The notes under the pieces were generated by a model. The model did not search any database and had not been told where the DNA came from. It worked only from the letters and a program-made list of their open reading frames with translations. A stretch of DNA of 63,744 nucleotides, counting the filler, from Reticulomyxa filosa (lineage: Eukaryota > Protista > Foraminifera), in the NCBI GenBank assembly GCA_000512085.1. It is 23 parts of 23 records of this genome, joined end to end, with 100 filler letters (N's around TTAATTAATTAA, not from the genome) between each part and the next. Parts side by side here need not be neighbours in the genome. Positions count along the whole stretch, not along the records: positions 12,080 to 13,458 come from ASPP01007118.1; positions 13,559 to 17,027 come from ASPP01028370.1; positions 17,128 to 18,507 come from ASPP01016142.1; positions 18,608 to 20,585 come from ASPP01006334.1; positions 20,686 to 24,523 come from ASPP01034771.1; positions 24,624 to 26,070 come from ASPP01017905.1; 17 more parts are not named here. One strand, 5' to 3'. Shown piece by piece: positions 12,822 through 24,980 of the stretch (its first letter is position 1; each line of letters opens with the position of its first letter). Made by a program: the position numbers and the translations under genes.

Positions 12822-13458
12822 GCAGTTTGCCTGGCCATGTCTTCCGTCCGACCTGGTCGGCAACGATGTCCGCGATCGTCTCTCCGGCGAATCGCGTCAG
12901 GCGCGAGACCGGCCGGTCGGCCGGATAGGACAGGACGAGCTGGCGGACGGGCGCCGGATCTGTGAGTGGTGCAGCGAGCAGCCGTCCCGCGGCGATATCG
13001 TCATGAATCGGTGAGAGCGGCAGGATGGTCCAGCCGTGGCCGTGACGGACGAGGTCTTTCAAGGTCGCGTAGGAATCGGCTTCGACAGCCACGCGCAGCG
13101 AGATGCCCGCCTCCACGGCGCACTGCTCGACGATCGTTCGCAGACCGTGACGCGTGCTGGGCAGGAGAATGCGCTTGTCGTCGAGTTCCCTGAACGGAAT
13201 TGAGCGTTCCGCCGATAGTCCTGACCCGGGTGGGCCGATCAGGAACAGGTTCTCGAGCAACAACGGCTCCGACCGCAGAGATCGCGCAACGTGCGGATCG
13301 TAGAGGATAGCGACGTCGATCTCGCCGCGATGGAGCCAGTCGATCAGGTGGCCGGTATAGGCGCCGACCAGCCGCAGCTCCACTTGCGGATGGGTCTTTC
13401 CGAAAGCGGCGACCAGGGGCAGCGAGAGGATGTCCGCGACGGTTGGTGGAAAGCCGAT
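12808..13458 (-). CDS. LysR-family regulator, substrate-binding domain (5' partial)
   Basis: ..HPQVELRLVGAYTGHLIDWLHRGEIDVAILY..EADSYATLKDLVRHGHGWTILP.. The HTH is cut off by the contig end. It overlaps the hemJ 3' end by 14 bp. Confidence 0.9.
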   Translation of the reverse strand: MGFPPTVADILSLPLVAAFGKTHPQVELRLVGAYTGHLIDWLHRGEIDVAILYDPHVARSLRSEPLLLENLFLIGPPGSGLSAERSIPFRELDDKRILLPSTRHGLRTIVEQCAVEAGISLRVAVEADSYATLKDLVRHGHGWTILPLSPIHDDIAAGRLLAAPLTDPAPVRQLVLSYPADRPVSRLTRFAGETIADIVADQVGRKTWPGKLLRTP

Positions 13459-14245
13459 NNNNNNNNNNNNNNNNNNNNNNNNNNNNNNNNNNNNNNNNNN
13501 NNTTAATTAATTAANNNNNNNNNNNNNNNNNNNNNNNNNNNNNNNNNNNNNNNNNNNNGAAAGTCGGACGGCGTCCTCGAAAAGTCGGAAGACAACTGCA
13601 CCCACCTTTAGCGTCACCACTCCAATTGTGACCACATATGACTTTAAGGTTTTCTTGTTTGCTGAAAAGAATATTGTCTTGCAGCCAGGCATCGCTGCAT
13701 CCACCGCTTTGTCAACCACATCGTCATCAGCAGAAGCAACAGCAACACTGACAGCAGTCCAACAAGATGTTGATTCATCCAATAGACACTATGGGGAAAA
13801 AAAAGGCCGAAAAAAATATAAATAATAACAAAACGAGCCATTGTTGCTGTTGGAATTGTATAGCATTAGATTGTGTATTTTGTAAATCTTTTCCAAATTC
13901 ATTCAAAGCTTTCCTGAAAATCAACATCGAATTCGGCAAAGATGTTGGCGTTCTGTTTTTGTTCTTGTATGCAATTGTCAACGAGTTTCTTTTAATCTAC
14001 GTTCCATTATTATTCGTTTTCACAATTGCTTATTTGTTTGTTTGTTTATTTGTTTGTGAGCAACAGAATACACTTGCTGGAGATTCGTTGTAAAAGGAAA
14101 TGGAGTGGTCGCACACACGAGATGCCGTCGCGCAATGTTTTTAAAAACAGTCGTTTTTTTGAGTATTTTTCCGAAAAATACGACTGAAAACATTTCTTCA
14201 ATCAGTTAACCTAGACACACATCATATAGTAGTCACTTACGACTT

Positions 14246-15579
14246 ATGGTCGTCTTATCCTTTTATCACAATATCTTAAAGCACTTGATCGACAATACAT
14301 TTATGGAAAGCCAGATGAAAATAGAAGAGGTGTTGGATAGCAGCAATATCGTAGAAGACAAAACTATACATTCCATCTCCGAAAATAAGTTGCTTTTGTT
14401 GCCATATCACAATTCGCTATTGTCCAGAGTTTCCAACACGATCAAGTCGTCGTCCGAATTGTACTTGTTCGACGCGTTTGTATGTTATTTAAATGACATG
14501 TTTGTCAAGTCAAAAGACACAATGTAATTTGTTCAATAACAAAAAAAAAATTTTTTTTAAAAATATATACACATACATATATATGTATAATGATTGATTT
14601 TGTATCTGTTTTGAAATATCAAACGAAAAAATCGTTTATCGATATTGCAAGGCTAGCCAATGGGGACGATATTGCAATCAATCATCACGATATTAGCGAA
14701 TGCTACTCATAAAACAGTGAATATGCCGTTTTCAACTCGTAAGCTGTCGAATCGAGACAATATACGACTGAAAACCGATATCAGTGATATCATATTGTCT
14801 AGTGAAAGAAACGCCTTTTTCGCGAGTGCTACTTTTCCATCCGAAAATATACCAAACGATTCCATTCAAAAGTACCAATATCCATTATCATTATTATTAT
14901 TGTTGTGTTGTTTGTAGCAAGCACATTACTGTCAACAGGTTTCGATGGGAAATATTGTTCAATCGCGTCGACAATCGATTGAAACGAATGCCAGTCTGTT
15001 CGATTCAACTTCAAATACAATTGCAAACAACGTATCTCCAAGGGCATTTGTTACCAACAGCCCGAGTGTTTCCACAGTAAATATCCAAGCATGTTCGATG
15101 CATTGGATGCAATTGCGACTGTATCAAGCCGATCTTCGCTCATCCGCAGCATTACGACATCCCCGACTATTTATTTTCGCTGTCGCTGTTTTCCAACAGC
15201 TATGGACAATAGCCCTGCAACCAGTCCGATGTATTTGCGCCGACCAGAACGTCCCAAAGCAGTTCACTAAAGCAAGAGGACCCCAAGTTGGACGCATTGA
15301 CAGCCTGGACAAAGATAAATACAAAGACAAAGATAAAAATAAAGACAAAGGCGTGTTGTTTGAGTGGATGAATTATCACACGATATCGGCCGCTCGAGTC
15401 GACTGACGAACTCGCGATCCGGCCGTTGCGCACAAGATCGAGGTTGTGAAGAAAATGCTGAAGACGATCGAGCTGGTGGGGCAGTGCTACAGCAAGTGCG
15501 CCTTGTGCTTGTGATATACTTTGACGGACTGAACATGAACGAAGAAACGCACGATTTGAGAGAAATTGTAAAGATTTAG
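14246..15579 (+). other. Fragmented eukaryotic hypothetical gene or pseudogene
   Basis: Coding-like segments separated by AT-rich intron-like tracts, with frame shifts. No family recognised. Confidence 0.3.
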
Positions 15580-17127
15580 GCGCACAAGTTCACGCAGATT
15601 GGCAACAAAGTCACGCAGTCCTTGGCTCCGGTGCAATACTGTTGTGTCAATTGACAGCCAAAGACATGGGCATTTTGATGGACAACATTTGCTGATGGTG
15701 TCTTGCCGACACGCTTTTTGCCCATCGTTGTGCATTGCCACATGTTTGAACCGCACCAATTGTCAATACTACCGCTGGCCACTCGCAGTCTGTGTCATTT
15801 GCTGCCGCAATTTAACGCAATATTCGAACACAACAAAGACAAGTTGTTGCATGAAAACGACTGCGGCAACTAGAGTTACTTAAACGATAATGACAACAAA
15901 TTCATTCATTCATTTATTCATTTGTTCATTTGATATGACTGTTGCCACATTAGATAAAAGCCAAACCGAAGAAGAACAAAAAAGAAATACTACAATAACT
16001 AGGAGGACGACAAGCCGAAAAAAAGAAATGTTTGTCACAATATGTACTGCATCAACACAAGCGACTGTTGATTTCACTAAACAACTGATAGTAAACAAAC
16101 AACTGAAGAAACATTACGAATAGTTATAGTAGCAGTTGCAGTAATAGTCTTAGTGTTAGTTAGAATCATAGCGACAGTATTATATTCGTGTGAAAATCTA
16201 TAGAATGAATTATAACAATTAGATTATGAAATATCTAAATGAAAATCAAATGTTGCATCAAAGTAAGCAGATTTCAATCTTGCCACTATTCTACGTTTAT
16301 TATAATCAATTTATGCATCATTTGATTAAAATATAGTAACATATGAATCTGTTAGATATTTTGTCAACATATGATAGTATTTGTATTGATTTACTAATAT
16401 ACTAATTCAACATAGTATTATATCAAGTATAATCATTACAAACATATTATTTACATTAATGATATTTCATAAGAAGTATAAACCAATTTAATGTGTTATA
16501 TGTAATTAATAATGGATTCACATTTAATGTACAAAGAATATGTTAATTATGTGTATGGAAAAGCTTCAAAAAAACTTGTATATTTGACATTACTTTATTC
16601 TATAGTAATTATTATCAGTTTAAGGATACAATTGCTTTAAAATAATAATATGCAGTATTTAGAAACGCATGTGCTGCTGAATCATAGAAGAAGAAATTAA
16701 TATTTTTTTTCTTCGTATTGATTGAAAATAAAAATAAAAACAATACAAAAAATAATATTTTTATGATGGCAAAACAAAAAGAATAAAACATAAAAAATGT
16801 ATTGTAATTGATATGTCATTAAACAATTAATAATAGCCAATATCATCATCGAGATAATTACAACTAACATCATCTGTTGGCTGCTTGTTCAAAAATACAA
16901 ATACCATATTCTTTTGGAAAATATTGTGGATAATTTCATTGCCAATACTGACACAACTTCGCTGTAGTTCAACAGCCAATGCATTGCAAACACTTCGTAT
17001 CAGTTATATCGAATAAACCACTCTTGGNNNNNNNNNNNNNNNNNNNNNNNNNNNNNNNNNNNNNNNNNNNNTTAATTAATTAANNNNNNNNNNNNNNNNN
17101 NNNNNNNNNNNNNNNNNNNNNNNNNNN

Positions 17128-17447
17128 GCATGGTGCGCATGGCTATCCGCATGGTGCACATCACGCGCGAGCACGCGATGGAGCACGGCGTGTCGATGAA
17201 GCTGCGCGTCGGCATCAACAGCGGCCCGGTGGTGGCCGGCGTCATCGGCAAGAGCAAGTACATCTACGACCTGTGGGGCGATACGGTGAACCTGGCGAGC
17301 CGCATGGAATCGGGCGGCATCCCGGATTCGGTGCAGGTCACCCGCCCGGTCTACGAGAAGCTCAAGGACCTGTTCGTCTTCGAATCGCGCGGCGAGATCG
17401 AGGTCAAGGGCAAGGGCCACGTCGAAGCCTGGGTATTGAGGCTCTGA
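17128..17447 (+). CDS. Class III adenylate/guanylate cyclase catalytic C-terminus (bacterial, 5' partial)
   Basis: LRVGINSGPVVAGVIGKSKYIYDLWGDTVNLASRMES..RGEIEVKGKG. The D in YDLWGDTVN suggests ATP specificity. GC-rich and intronless. Confidence 0.93.
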
Positions 17448-17483
17448 AGTCCAATTCTCGGCAAGCAACTCTTCTTTGTGGAC

Positions 17484-17506
17484 GAATGTTATATTATAAC
17501 ATAACA
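17484..17506. promoter_or_regulatory. Zur (zinc uptake regulator) operator-like palindrome
   Basis: Perfect 8-1-8 inverted repeat ATGTTATA-T-TATAACAT at 17486-17502. It matches the proteobacterial Zur consensus core ATGTTATANTATAACAT and lies 45 nt upstream of the GTG start. An RBS-like GAGGT is at 17538-17542. Confidence 0.82.
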
Positions 17507-17547
17507 TCTCCTCGAGGAATCCGAGCGACACATCGACGAGGTCTTGC

Positions 17548-18507
17548 GTGGAAACACAGAGTGACTTCTTTCATTCGATCTTTGCCGAATGGCTGGATGA
17601 TCCCGAGACGACAGTTGCCTGTGGAGCTTGGTCCGATGGCGCGGTTTCCGAACTGGTGCCTGGAAGGCGTGGCCATCTGCTGCCCGCGCGCTACGAGGGC
17701 TGCTTCGCCGGCGTGCGGGAATTGCGCATGGAGGATTCTCCGCATCATCTTCATGTCGATTTCGGGCGCGTTCATCAGGTTTGCTACACGGTGGCACCAA
17801 GCGTGTGCTTCGGGTTCAAGCCGTCCTTTGAAGCCAGATTCCTCACGACCGGGCCGGGCGGAGCGCCCACGGATCGATGGTCCGTCGCGCTTATGCAGGG
17901 CCGACCGTATGACTCCGGTGGGCTCCGGTCGGATGCCGTCAAACACTTCTTCGAACGGGCTCGTACGCACGCGCATATGCAGCCTTCCCTGGTCGACATT
18001 CAGATCCAGCAGGATGTGCGCGAGAGCGATGAGGGGGCTAGGCTCCTTGCGCTCTTGAGAGGCCTTCTTTCACGCCCTACGGCGGACTGGAACACGTTGC
18101 TTGCGGCGATCAGGCCGCCTGTGTCGACCGATGCCGATCTTCATCTCGTGTCTCCGACCTGTCTCCTCTTGCTCAAGCAAGCCTTGAGCCTTCGCGACGC
18201 CTCGTTGGTGATCTATCGAGATCGCACCCTGATAGAGTTCAAGACGGAAAGGCTGGACGGTGTCCATCGTTACGAGGAACGAGGTCATGTTTCCTGGCAG
18301 ATCGGCGCGTTCGACGACCATCATTGCCATCTGTCATTGACGTCTGTCGAAAGCGTTCTGTTCTCCGCAGAACCCGTGCCGTGCCAAGGCGGTGGACTGA
18401 ACTATACGATCTGGTTCCTTGTGCCCGGCTCAACGGGAAATCCCTGGCGCCGTGACGGCTACTTCTCCGTCACGTTGAACAGCCCCTACCGGGGCATGCA
18501 GCCTCGT
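17548..18507 (+). CDS. Uncharacterised bacterial protein with two tandem HemS/ChuX-like domains (3' partial)
   Basis: Internal duplication: HHLHVDFGRVHQVCY..APSVC..ALMQGRPY versus HHCHLSLTSVESVLF..EPVPC..SVTLNSPY. The pattern resembles the HLH..S..F..G..F strand order of HemS/ChuX split barrels. Confidence 0.6.
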
Positions 18508-18970
18508 NNNNNNNNNNNNNNNNNNNNNNNNNNNNNNNNNNNNNNNNNNNNTTAATTAATTAANNNNNNNNNNNNNNNNNNNNNNNNNNNNNNNNNNNNN
18601 NNNNNNNAAAGTAGTACTGTGTTTCTCGTATAACTGCAATAATGCTACAAAATACAAACAATTGTTAAACCTCCTCTTACGAACATGCTTGGGATGTGGC
18701 CAAAATTGATACACGACAGAAAATTCAAGAAAGCAATAAAAAAAAACAAAACAAAAGAGAACAGTTTCTAAGTTAAATTTTTATAGTAATTAATTAGCAA
18801 ACCCAGGTCCAAAGAGCCTGTAACCATTGATTCAAACGAAAAAATGATAGGTGAGATATTTTTCAGAAGCGAAAATGTAACATTTTTTCTCAAATGGGTG
18901 ATCAAAATGAACTTACGATCCGAAGCCTCTTAATTTTTTATTGTATTAGAAGTCCTACATTATTGGAAGT

Positions 18971-20425
18971 TTAATCTGATATTTTGTTTGTGTTGCTCTC
19001 AGCCGGATAGTCAGTGTAAGATCTGTGTTCCTTGTTTTTTTTCTTTTTTTGAGGGCTTTCCCCCACGGCCTCGCTGGAGTCATCACTGCCGTTGGCCGTG
19101 CTTTGATCTGTGAGAGTGTAACTTTTTGAATGATTGACAGAGAGCTCTTGTTGGGACCTGTTTTTTAAATGTTTACGACTGGAGCGAGTTTTTTTTTTGC
19201 CCAAATAGGTTGGAAGTGTGTCACTTTGGGCTATTCTTTTGAGATCGTTGCTACTGTTCTGGGCAGCAGGTTGAGTCGACGCATAGGTAGTTTGTGCGAC
19301 CATTTTATTTGTAGTGTCAATGATCGGAGCAAGGTTTTGTGACGCGTTGGATTGGCGATGTTCGTCACTGTGTATTCTACGTGTGTGTATATGTGTGTTG
19401 ATTATTTGAATAGATTAGAGGAGAGATAATTATAAATTAAACTCTTTTCTTTCCTTAATTGGTTTAATATTAACTTGTTATGTTCGATTGGATCCGCAGC
19501 GTTTGGATTGTCCTTTTCAATAAGGTTTGCATTCAAAGCCGACGGGCCGTTTGTATGCTGGTCATGAGCAAGGTCGAGGTTGGAGTGCTTGTCCGAGTGT
19601 GACAAAAAGTGAATGATGTCGACATAAGTGCGGCAAACGCAACAGCACAAATATTCAGTCAACCTGCAACTTGTTTCAATTGCGGCAAAGCCACATTTAC
19701 AACAAATCTTTTTCAAGCTTCGCCGCAACTCTTTGCGAACACGTGAGACCGTTGCAACAAATAATATAGCATTACACCTTTTATATGTATATATATATAT
19801 ATATTACAAATATTTATACACACATTTATTTCTATGTATTTGTTTGTTGTCACAGGTATTATTGGATAACACACAATCCTTGCGCGGGGTCAAAAGCAGT
19901 TTGCAAGTATTGCAGTAGCGTATTCCATACAGTATCTTGGAAACTTGGAGTGGTGTAGACAATAACATTTCGCAGAGAACCGGGCATTCGAAGAAACACA
20001 AACACCAAAGGAATGAGCAGTAACCGATGCAATAACTCCAACAGCTGTCTGTTTTGATATTTGATCGATTTGGACTTGTTGTTTTCGCTAGGCGGAGCCC
20101 CGACGGCCGTCTTTGTGCTTGCCAAGAAAATTGAATTTTGAGGATTGTGGTATTTCCGACCCTTCCCAATGTGGTCAAGGGACGACTGCTTCCATGACAA
20201 TTGGGGACTTTGGTAAGAATAGGCATAGCCGGCGAACCCTTCGCCAACCCCAATTGACATTCCGGCCTCATTTTCGCAAGAGGCATTGTTTTCGTCCTCT
20301 CGCGGCGATTGTTTTTTGTGGTGCATTTTTGTCGACTGGAGAGCGTGCTGTTTCTTATGATACTTTCCGGTGGATCCCAACGAATCATATGTTGGTAATG
20401 TTAAATACTGGTTTGGATATTTGGC
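18971..20425 (-). CDS. GPCR, cAMP-receptor-like/GPR157-like family (ICL3, TM6, TM7 and C-tail; 5' partial)
   Basis: The spliced reading gives RLLLIPLVFVFLRMPGSLR..LQTAFDPAQGL|CNAILFVATVSRVRKELRR. QGxxNAILF is typical of CAR/GCR1/GPR157 TM7. Confidence 0.82.
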
Positions 20426-21229
20426 CTTTTATATACATGCACATACATACATTGTATACATATATACGTATATTGACATATATCTGCGAAAAACGATAAA
20501 AAAAAATAATAGTGTCTCACATCATCCAAATAAAAAGACGTTCACATTAAATGACAAACAATAATAATAATAATAATAATAATAANNNNNNNNNNNNNNN
20601 NNNNNNNNNNNNNNNNNNNNNNNNNNNNNTTAATTAATTAANNNNNNNNNNNNNNNNNNNNNNNNNNNNNNNNNNNNNNNNNNNNTGTTCATCACACTTC
20701 TTCAGCGCTTTCAAACTATTTGCTTCATCTGTTCATGCTTTCTTCGCGTTTTCGTATGCAGTCATTCGTTGGATTACGTCATAGTTGGCCAGTTTTCTTT
20801 TTTTCTAAAAACAGACAACAATGAATACGAGACTTTCTTGAATTTTTCAGAACTAGGTCATTTTTTGTAGTTTGTGGGTCATTTTTGAACCAATTTTTAT
20901 TAAAAAAGCACTTTTTGTCAAAAAAAAAAAAATTTCCAAAAGTGTTCGATGGGGGGATGTAGTTCAAGTTTTTTTATGTTGGTTTATGTAATGCTTCTTT
21001 TTTGACAACAAAGAATGCAATTCCAGTGACATTTGCTCCCAGAAAAGAAAAGATAAATAGTGTTGAAAGCAAATCATGCAAGTAAACATGTGATAAAAGA
21101 CATTAGTGAAGTCGTCTTAACGACAGAATAAGAAAGACATAATTTGACAAGGAATCATAAATCAGTTATTCATTCAATAATCAAAAAGCAAACCAGTGAT
21201 TGCTAGTCAAGTGTTTGGACCACATTGTC

Positions 21230-23820
21230 GAACACAATATTGGACAATTGGAAAAATATTAACATTCATTCACAACAACAGTCGAGAAGGAAATCGTTCG
21301 AGATATTAATGAAAAATTGTCTTGTGTTGCTTTGGACTATGGTGATAAATTGAAGAAAGCTGAGACATCCGGGCGACTTGGAACAAAACTACGATTTTCC
21401 TAGTGGCCAAGTCATTACTGTTGGAGACAAACAATAGAGTTATTTATAAATCTTGATATGACACAAGTCTAATGAAACCAGCAAAAAGATGGTGAATCAA
21501 TGCATCTGTCGATAACTCCAATGCCAATGGTGATATCAGTCATTCAAATTCTAATGTCCATTTATTTCGAGGTGTGCTATCTTTGATGTCATTTTATTTG
21601 TCATTTTTTATTTTTTTTATTTTTTATTTTTTATTTTTTTTAAAAAAAAGGACAAGGATATAGCAGCAGTCAAGGAAATCTGATGAATGATAGCAATGAA
21701 CTTCCGGGCATGAGAGACAATGTACCTGGAAGACAGCCACAAGTGCAGTTGTTTATACTTTGTTTTTGTGTTCAATTTGACTGACTGTTATTTTTTATTT
21801 TTTTTACAAAAGATATAAAACAAGAGTTGTATTTTTTTGTATGCGTCCAGGAAGGGAGATTTGGAACGACATGACAACCATATCAAACTTCATCCAATCA
21901 AAAGAGAGCTAATGTCGCACAACAGATCATTGATCCAAATACAAACAATAGTACAAACGCAAGTGACATTAATTGATGGACAACAAACACAAGCACGAGC
22001 AATTGGATTGGACAACTTACCATCCTCTGGAGTATATCTTCTTCAGTAGGAAAGCAATCGCAAGCCCAAACATTCATTTCTGGATTAATACAATAATCCA
22101 CAAGAGTTACAAGCTTCCATTTCTTTTTATTTTTATTTTTTATTTTATAAAAAAAATAAAAAAGAACATGTAATCCTCTTTGTTGTCATGTGATAGCAAA
22201 ATAGACACAATCTATCAGTACGTGTGTATCAATTGCTCAGGGCTCGATTGCTACAATTGTCGTCACAATGCAGAGGTCATCACCAATGTCAACTGATGAC
22301 AATGCGGGCAATCTACCAGACGCAGACCGCGTTGAAATTTGGAGTAAAGTCCAATGTCACACAAAATGCTAAATGGACAACACTCATCGAATATACTGAC
22401 GGGCAATGTCATTGAGAACATCGTGATGACGACTGCTCATAACAATAGCAATAGCAATAGCAATAGCAATAGCAATGAAAATGAGCAAGTACAAATGCAA
22501 ATACCATTAAATAAAAAAGAAACAGTTGACAGTACAAAGAATGCAAACCATGTGACAGCAACGTCGCACTTGCAACAGTATGCATGCATGCATGCAGGAA
22601 GAGCAGACGAAAATGGAATGGAAATTGCATGAAATTGAATGTGAAGCGCCAAAACTTGGCGTACCGAAATCAATTGGCTCAGCAAAGTGCAAAGACAGTT
22701 CCAAATCAACTCAAGCGTGAATTTGGATTACAACATAAAGTTTCAGCACACACACACACAATGCTAAAAGCAGTTGCGACATTTGCAGCAACAAGACAAC
22801 AGTTTGGAAGAGATCCGGATTCAAGAAGTCGCTGCATATATCCAACTTCAGAATGCTTATAATATATTGGAGGCAATTATTAAAGAAAACTTAAATCGTG
22901 CTTTCACTCCTTCATCAGGTGATGACTTATGTTTCATTATTTCCTTTATTTTTATTTTTATTTATTTCATTTCATTTGTTGTTTGTTTGGCAATTTGAAA
23001 AAGAAGTAGTATTCATCTGAAAGCGACTTAAATTTGAATAAATTGCATAATGATCACAATACCAAATCAAACGTCGAATGTGGCAACAGACAAAAGAGGA
23101 TGTTTCAAATGTGATGACAAACGAGCACAAACAACCCGCGTCGATACAAGACAATCCGTTTTGACTAGCTTACTCATCATTTATTCTCTCTCACCAACAT
23201 ACCTGGCCGGAGGCTCACATACTGTACGTATACAACACCAATAACTCCCTCAAAAAGATACAGAGCAAGAAGCCCTTTTAATTCAATTCAATTCGGACGC
23301 AATAGAATTCAAACCAGGATTCTTTGACAAACTCAACCCAAACACAAATCACAATCCCAATACATCTTCTTTAGATAACATGGGTATTTCTTTTTGTTTA
23401 AAAAAAAAAAGAATGATATAAATTTATACAAATAATAAACAATAATACAAAAATAGATGAATGGCTAGCCGTTCCATGTCAGTTTGCATTCACAAAAACC
23501 TTCAGAAAAGAATAGTCGAGATCCCAACCATGTGATGTAATATTACATTGTCCACTTTATTACATATCTTTGCTTTCAAAAAAAAAAGAAATGTGTATTT
23601 GTTGGTAGGAGACAAGCAAAGAGTCACAATATCAAAAGTACAATGAGTTTGATTCGCATCGTCCCTCTCCAGAGCCATCACCGAAACAAGGAGATGTACA
23701 ATCGGAAGTTGTAACGGAGGTAAGAATTGCCATGGGACTTGAGAAAGAGAAGATTCAGAAAGACAAAAGGATTATAATAATTGAAGAAGGTCATTTTGGC
23801 ATCATGCAGTCGGCGATCGA
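21230..23820 (+). pseudogene. Degenerate multi-exon hypothetical gene
   Basis: Coding-like composition between intron-like tracts, but with repeated stops and frame changes. Confidence 0.3.
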
Positions 23821-24644
23821 CTCGGATGATGATGCTTTGTTGTTTGTTTTTTTTTTAGTTTGATGCAAAGAAAGTGTTTAAAAAAAAAAAGCATATAATA
23901 TGATTTATTATTTATTTGCTTTTTTTTGTCTTTCAAAAATAAAAATGTATCTGAACTTGTGATATATAAAAATCTTCTTTGTTTAATAAACAAAAGTAAG
24001 AATACATACAGACTTTATTATTATTATTATTATTGGATGATACAATGTTATAAATAAAACTTTATTGTAAAAGAAAGACATAATTTAAGTTTGGGACTGA
24101 TTAAAAATTTATTTTTATTGTAAGAAAATTGATTTGAAATAATATTGAATGAAATTATATTATGTAAGGAAATTCGTGGTTGTAATAATGACCTTATAAA
24201 ATCTTTCAATCGATTAAACCCACTTCCTTTACTTTTTTTTTATAAATATAATAACATTCTATAATAAAGAAAAAAACATTTACGACTTTTGAAATTACAG
24301 AAGAATGCCAAAAATCTTTGAATCAATAGACGTTAAATCTCGATGTTCAATTGAAATATAAGTCTAAAAAAAAAAAAAAAAAAAAAAATTTCAATGAACA
24401 TTTAATCTTTTTTTGCTCATCTCAGCAATCAAATAAGTGCCATATCACACTTACTTGAGCATAAAAAGAAATAACAGACAACAACATAACCCAAGACATA
24501 ACCCAAATAAAATGTCTTTTCAANNNNNNNNNNNNNNNNNNNNNNNNNNNNNNNNNNNNNNNNNNNNTTAATTAATTAANNNNNNNNNNNNNNNNNNNNN
24601 NNNNNNNNNNNNNNNNNNNNNNNTATATATTTGTCGTAGCACAC

Positions 24645-24949
24645 AAACCAATGATGTCAAGAGAGGCCTCGTTTTCCAATAAAAACTTGACAACATTCAC
24701 ATGAAAGTTGCACACGCTCAAATGCAAGGCGCAACGGTTATCGTAATTGACGGCGTTGACGTCGAACCCATTGGCCACCATGTGTTGCAACAGCTCCATT
24801 TCCCCTTCGCTGGCCGCACGGAGGAAGCGATACAACGCATAGTTCTTTCCTGGAGGAGGGGAGTTATAATTCATCAGCACCTCTTGGATGTCCGGGTTCA
24901 CCGCCTCATCAATGGGATAGTTGCCCCATCTGTGCACATAGAATCATAA

Positions 24950-24980
<31 letters not shown>

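Noticed and set aside
17273-18058. 261-aa overlapping ORF and other shadow ORFs in the GC-rich contigs
   Set aside because: Stop-poor alternative frames expected at high GC. They overlap better-supported genes.
12080-18507. A single heme-related system linking hemH/hemJ to the HemS-like gene, or HGT into the protist
   Set aside because: The two are separate contigs split by linkers and an unrelated eukaryotic contig. There is no evidence of linkage or even of the same organism.
20686-24523. Alternative genetic code (stop reassignment) explaining broken ORFs
   Set aside because: Well-conserved genes in the window have long standard-code ORFs, and the breaks include frameshifts.
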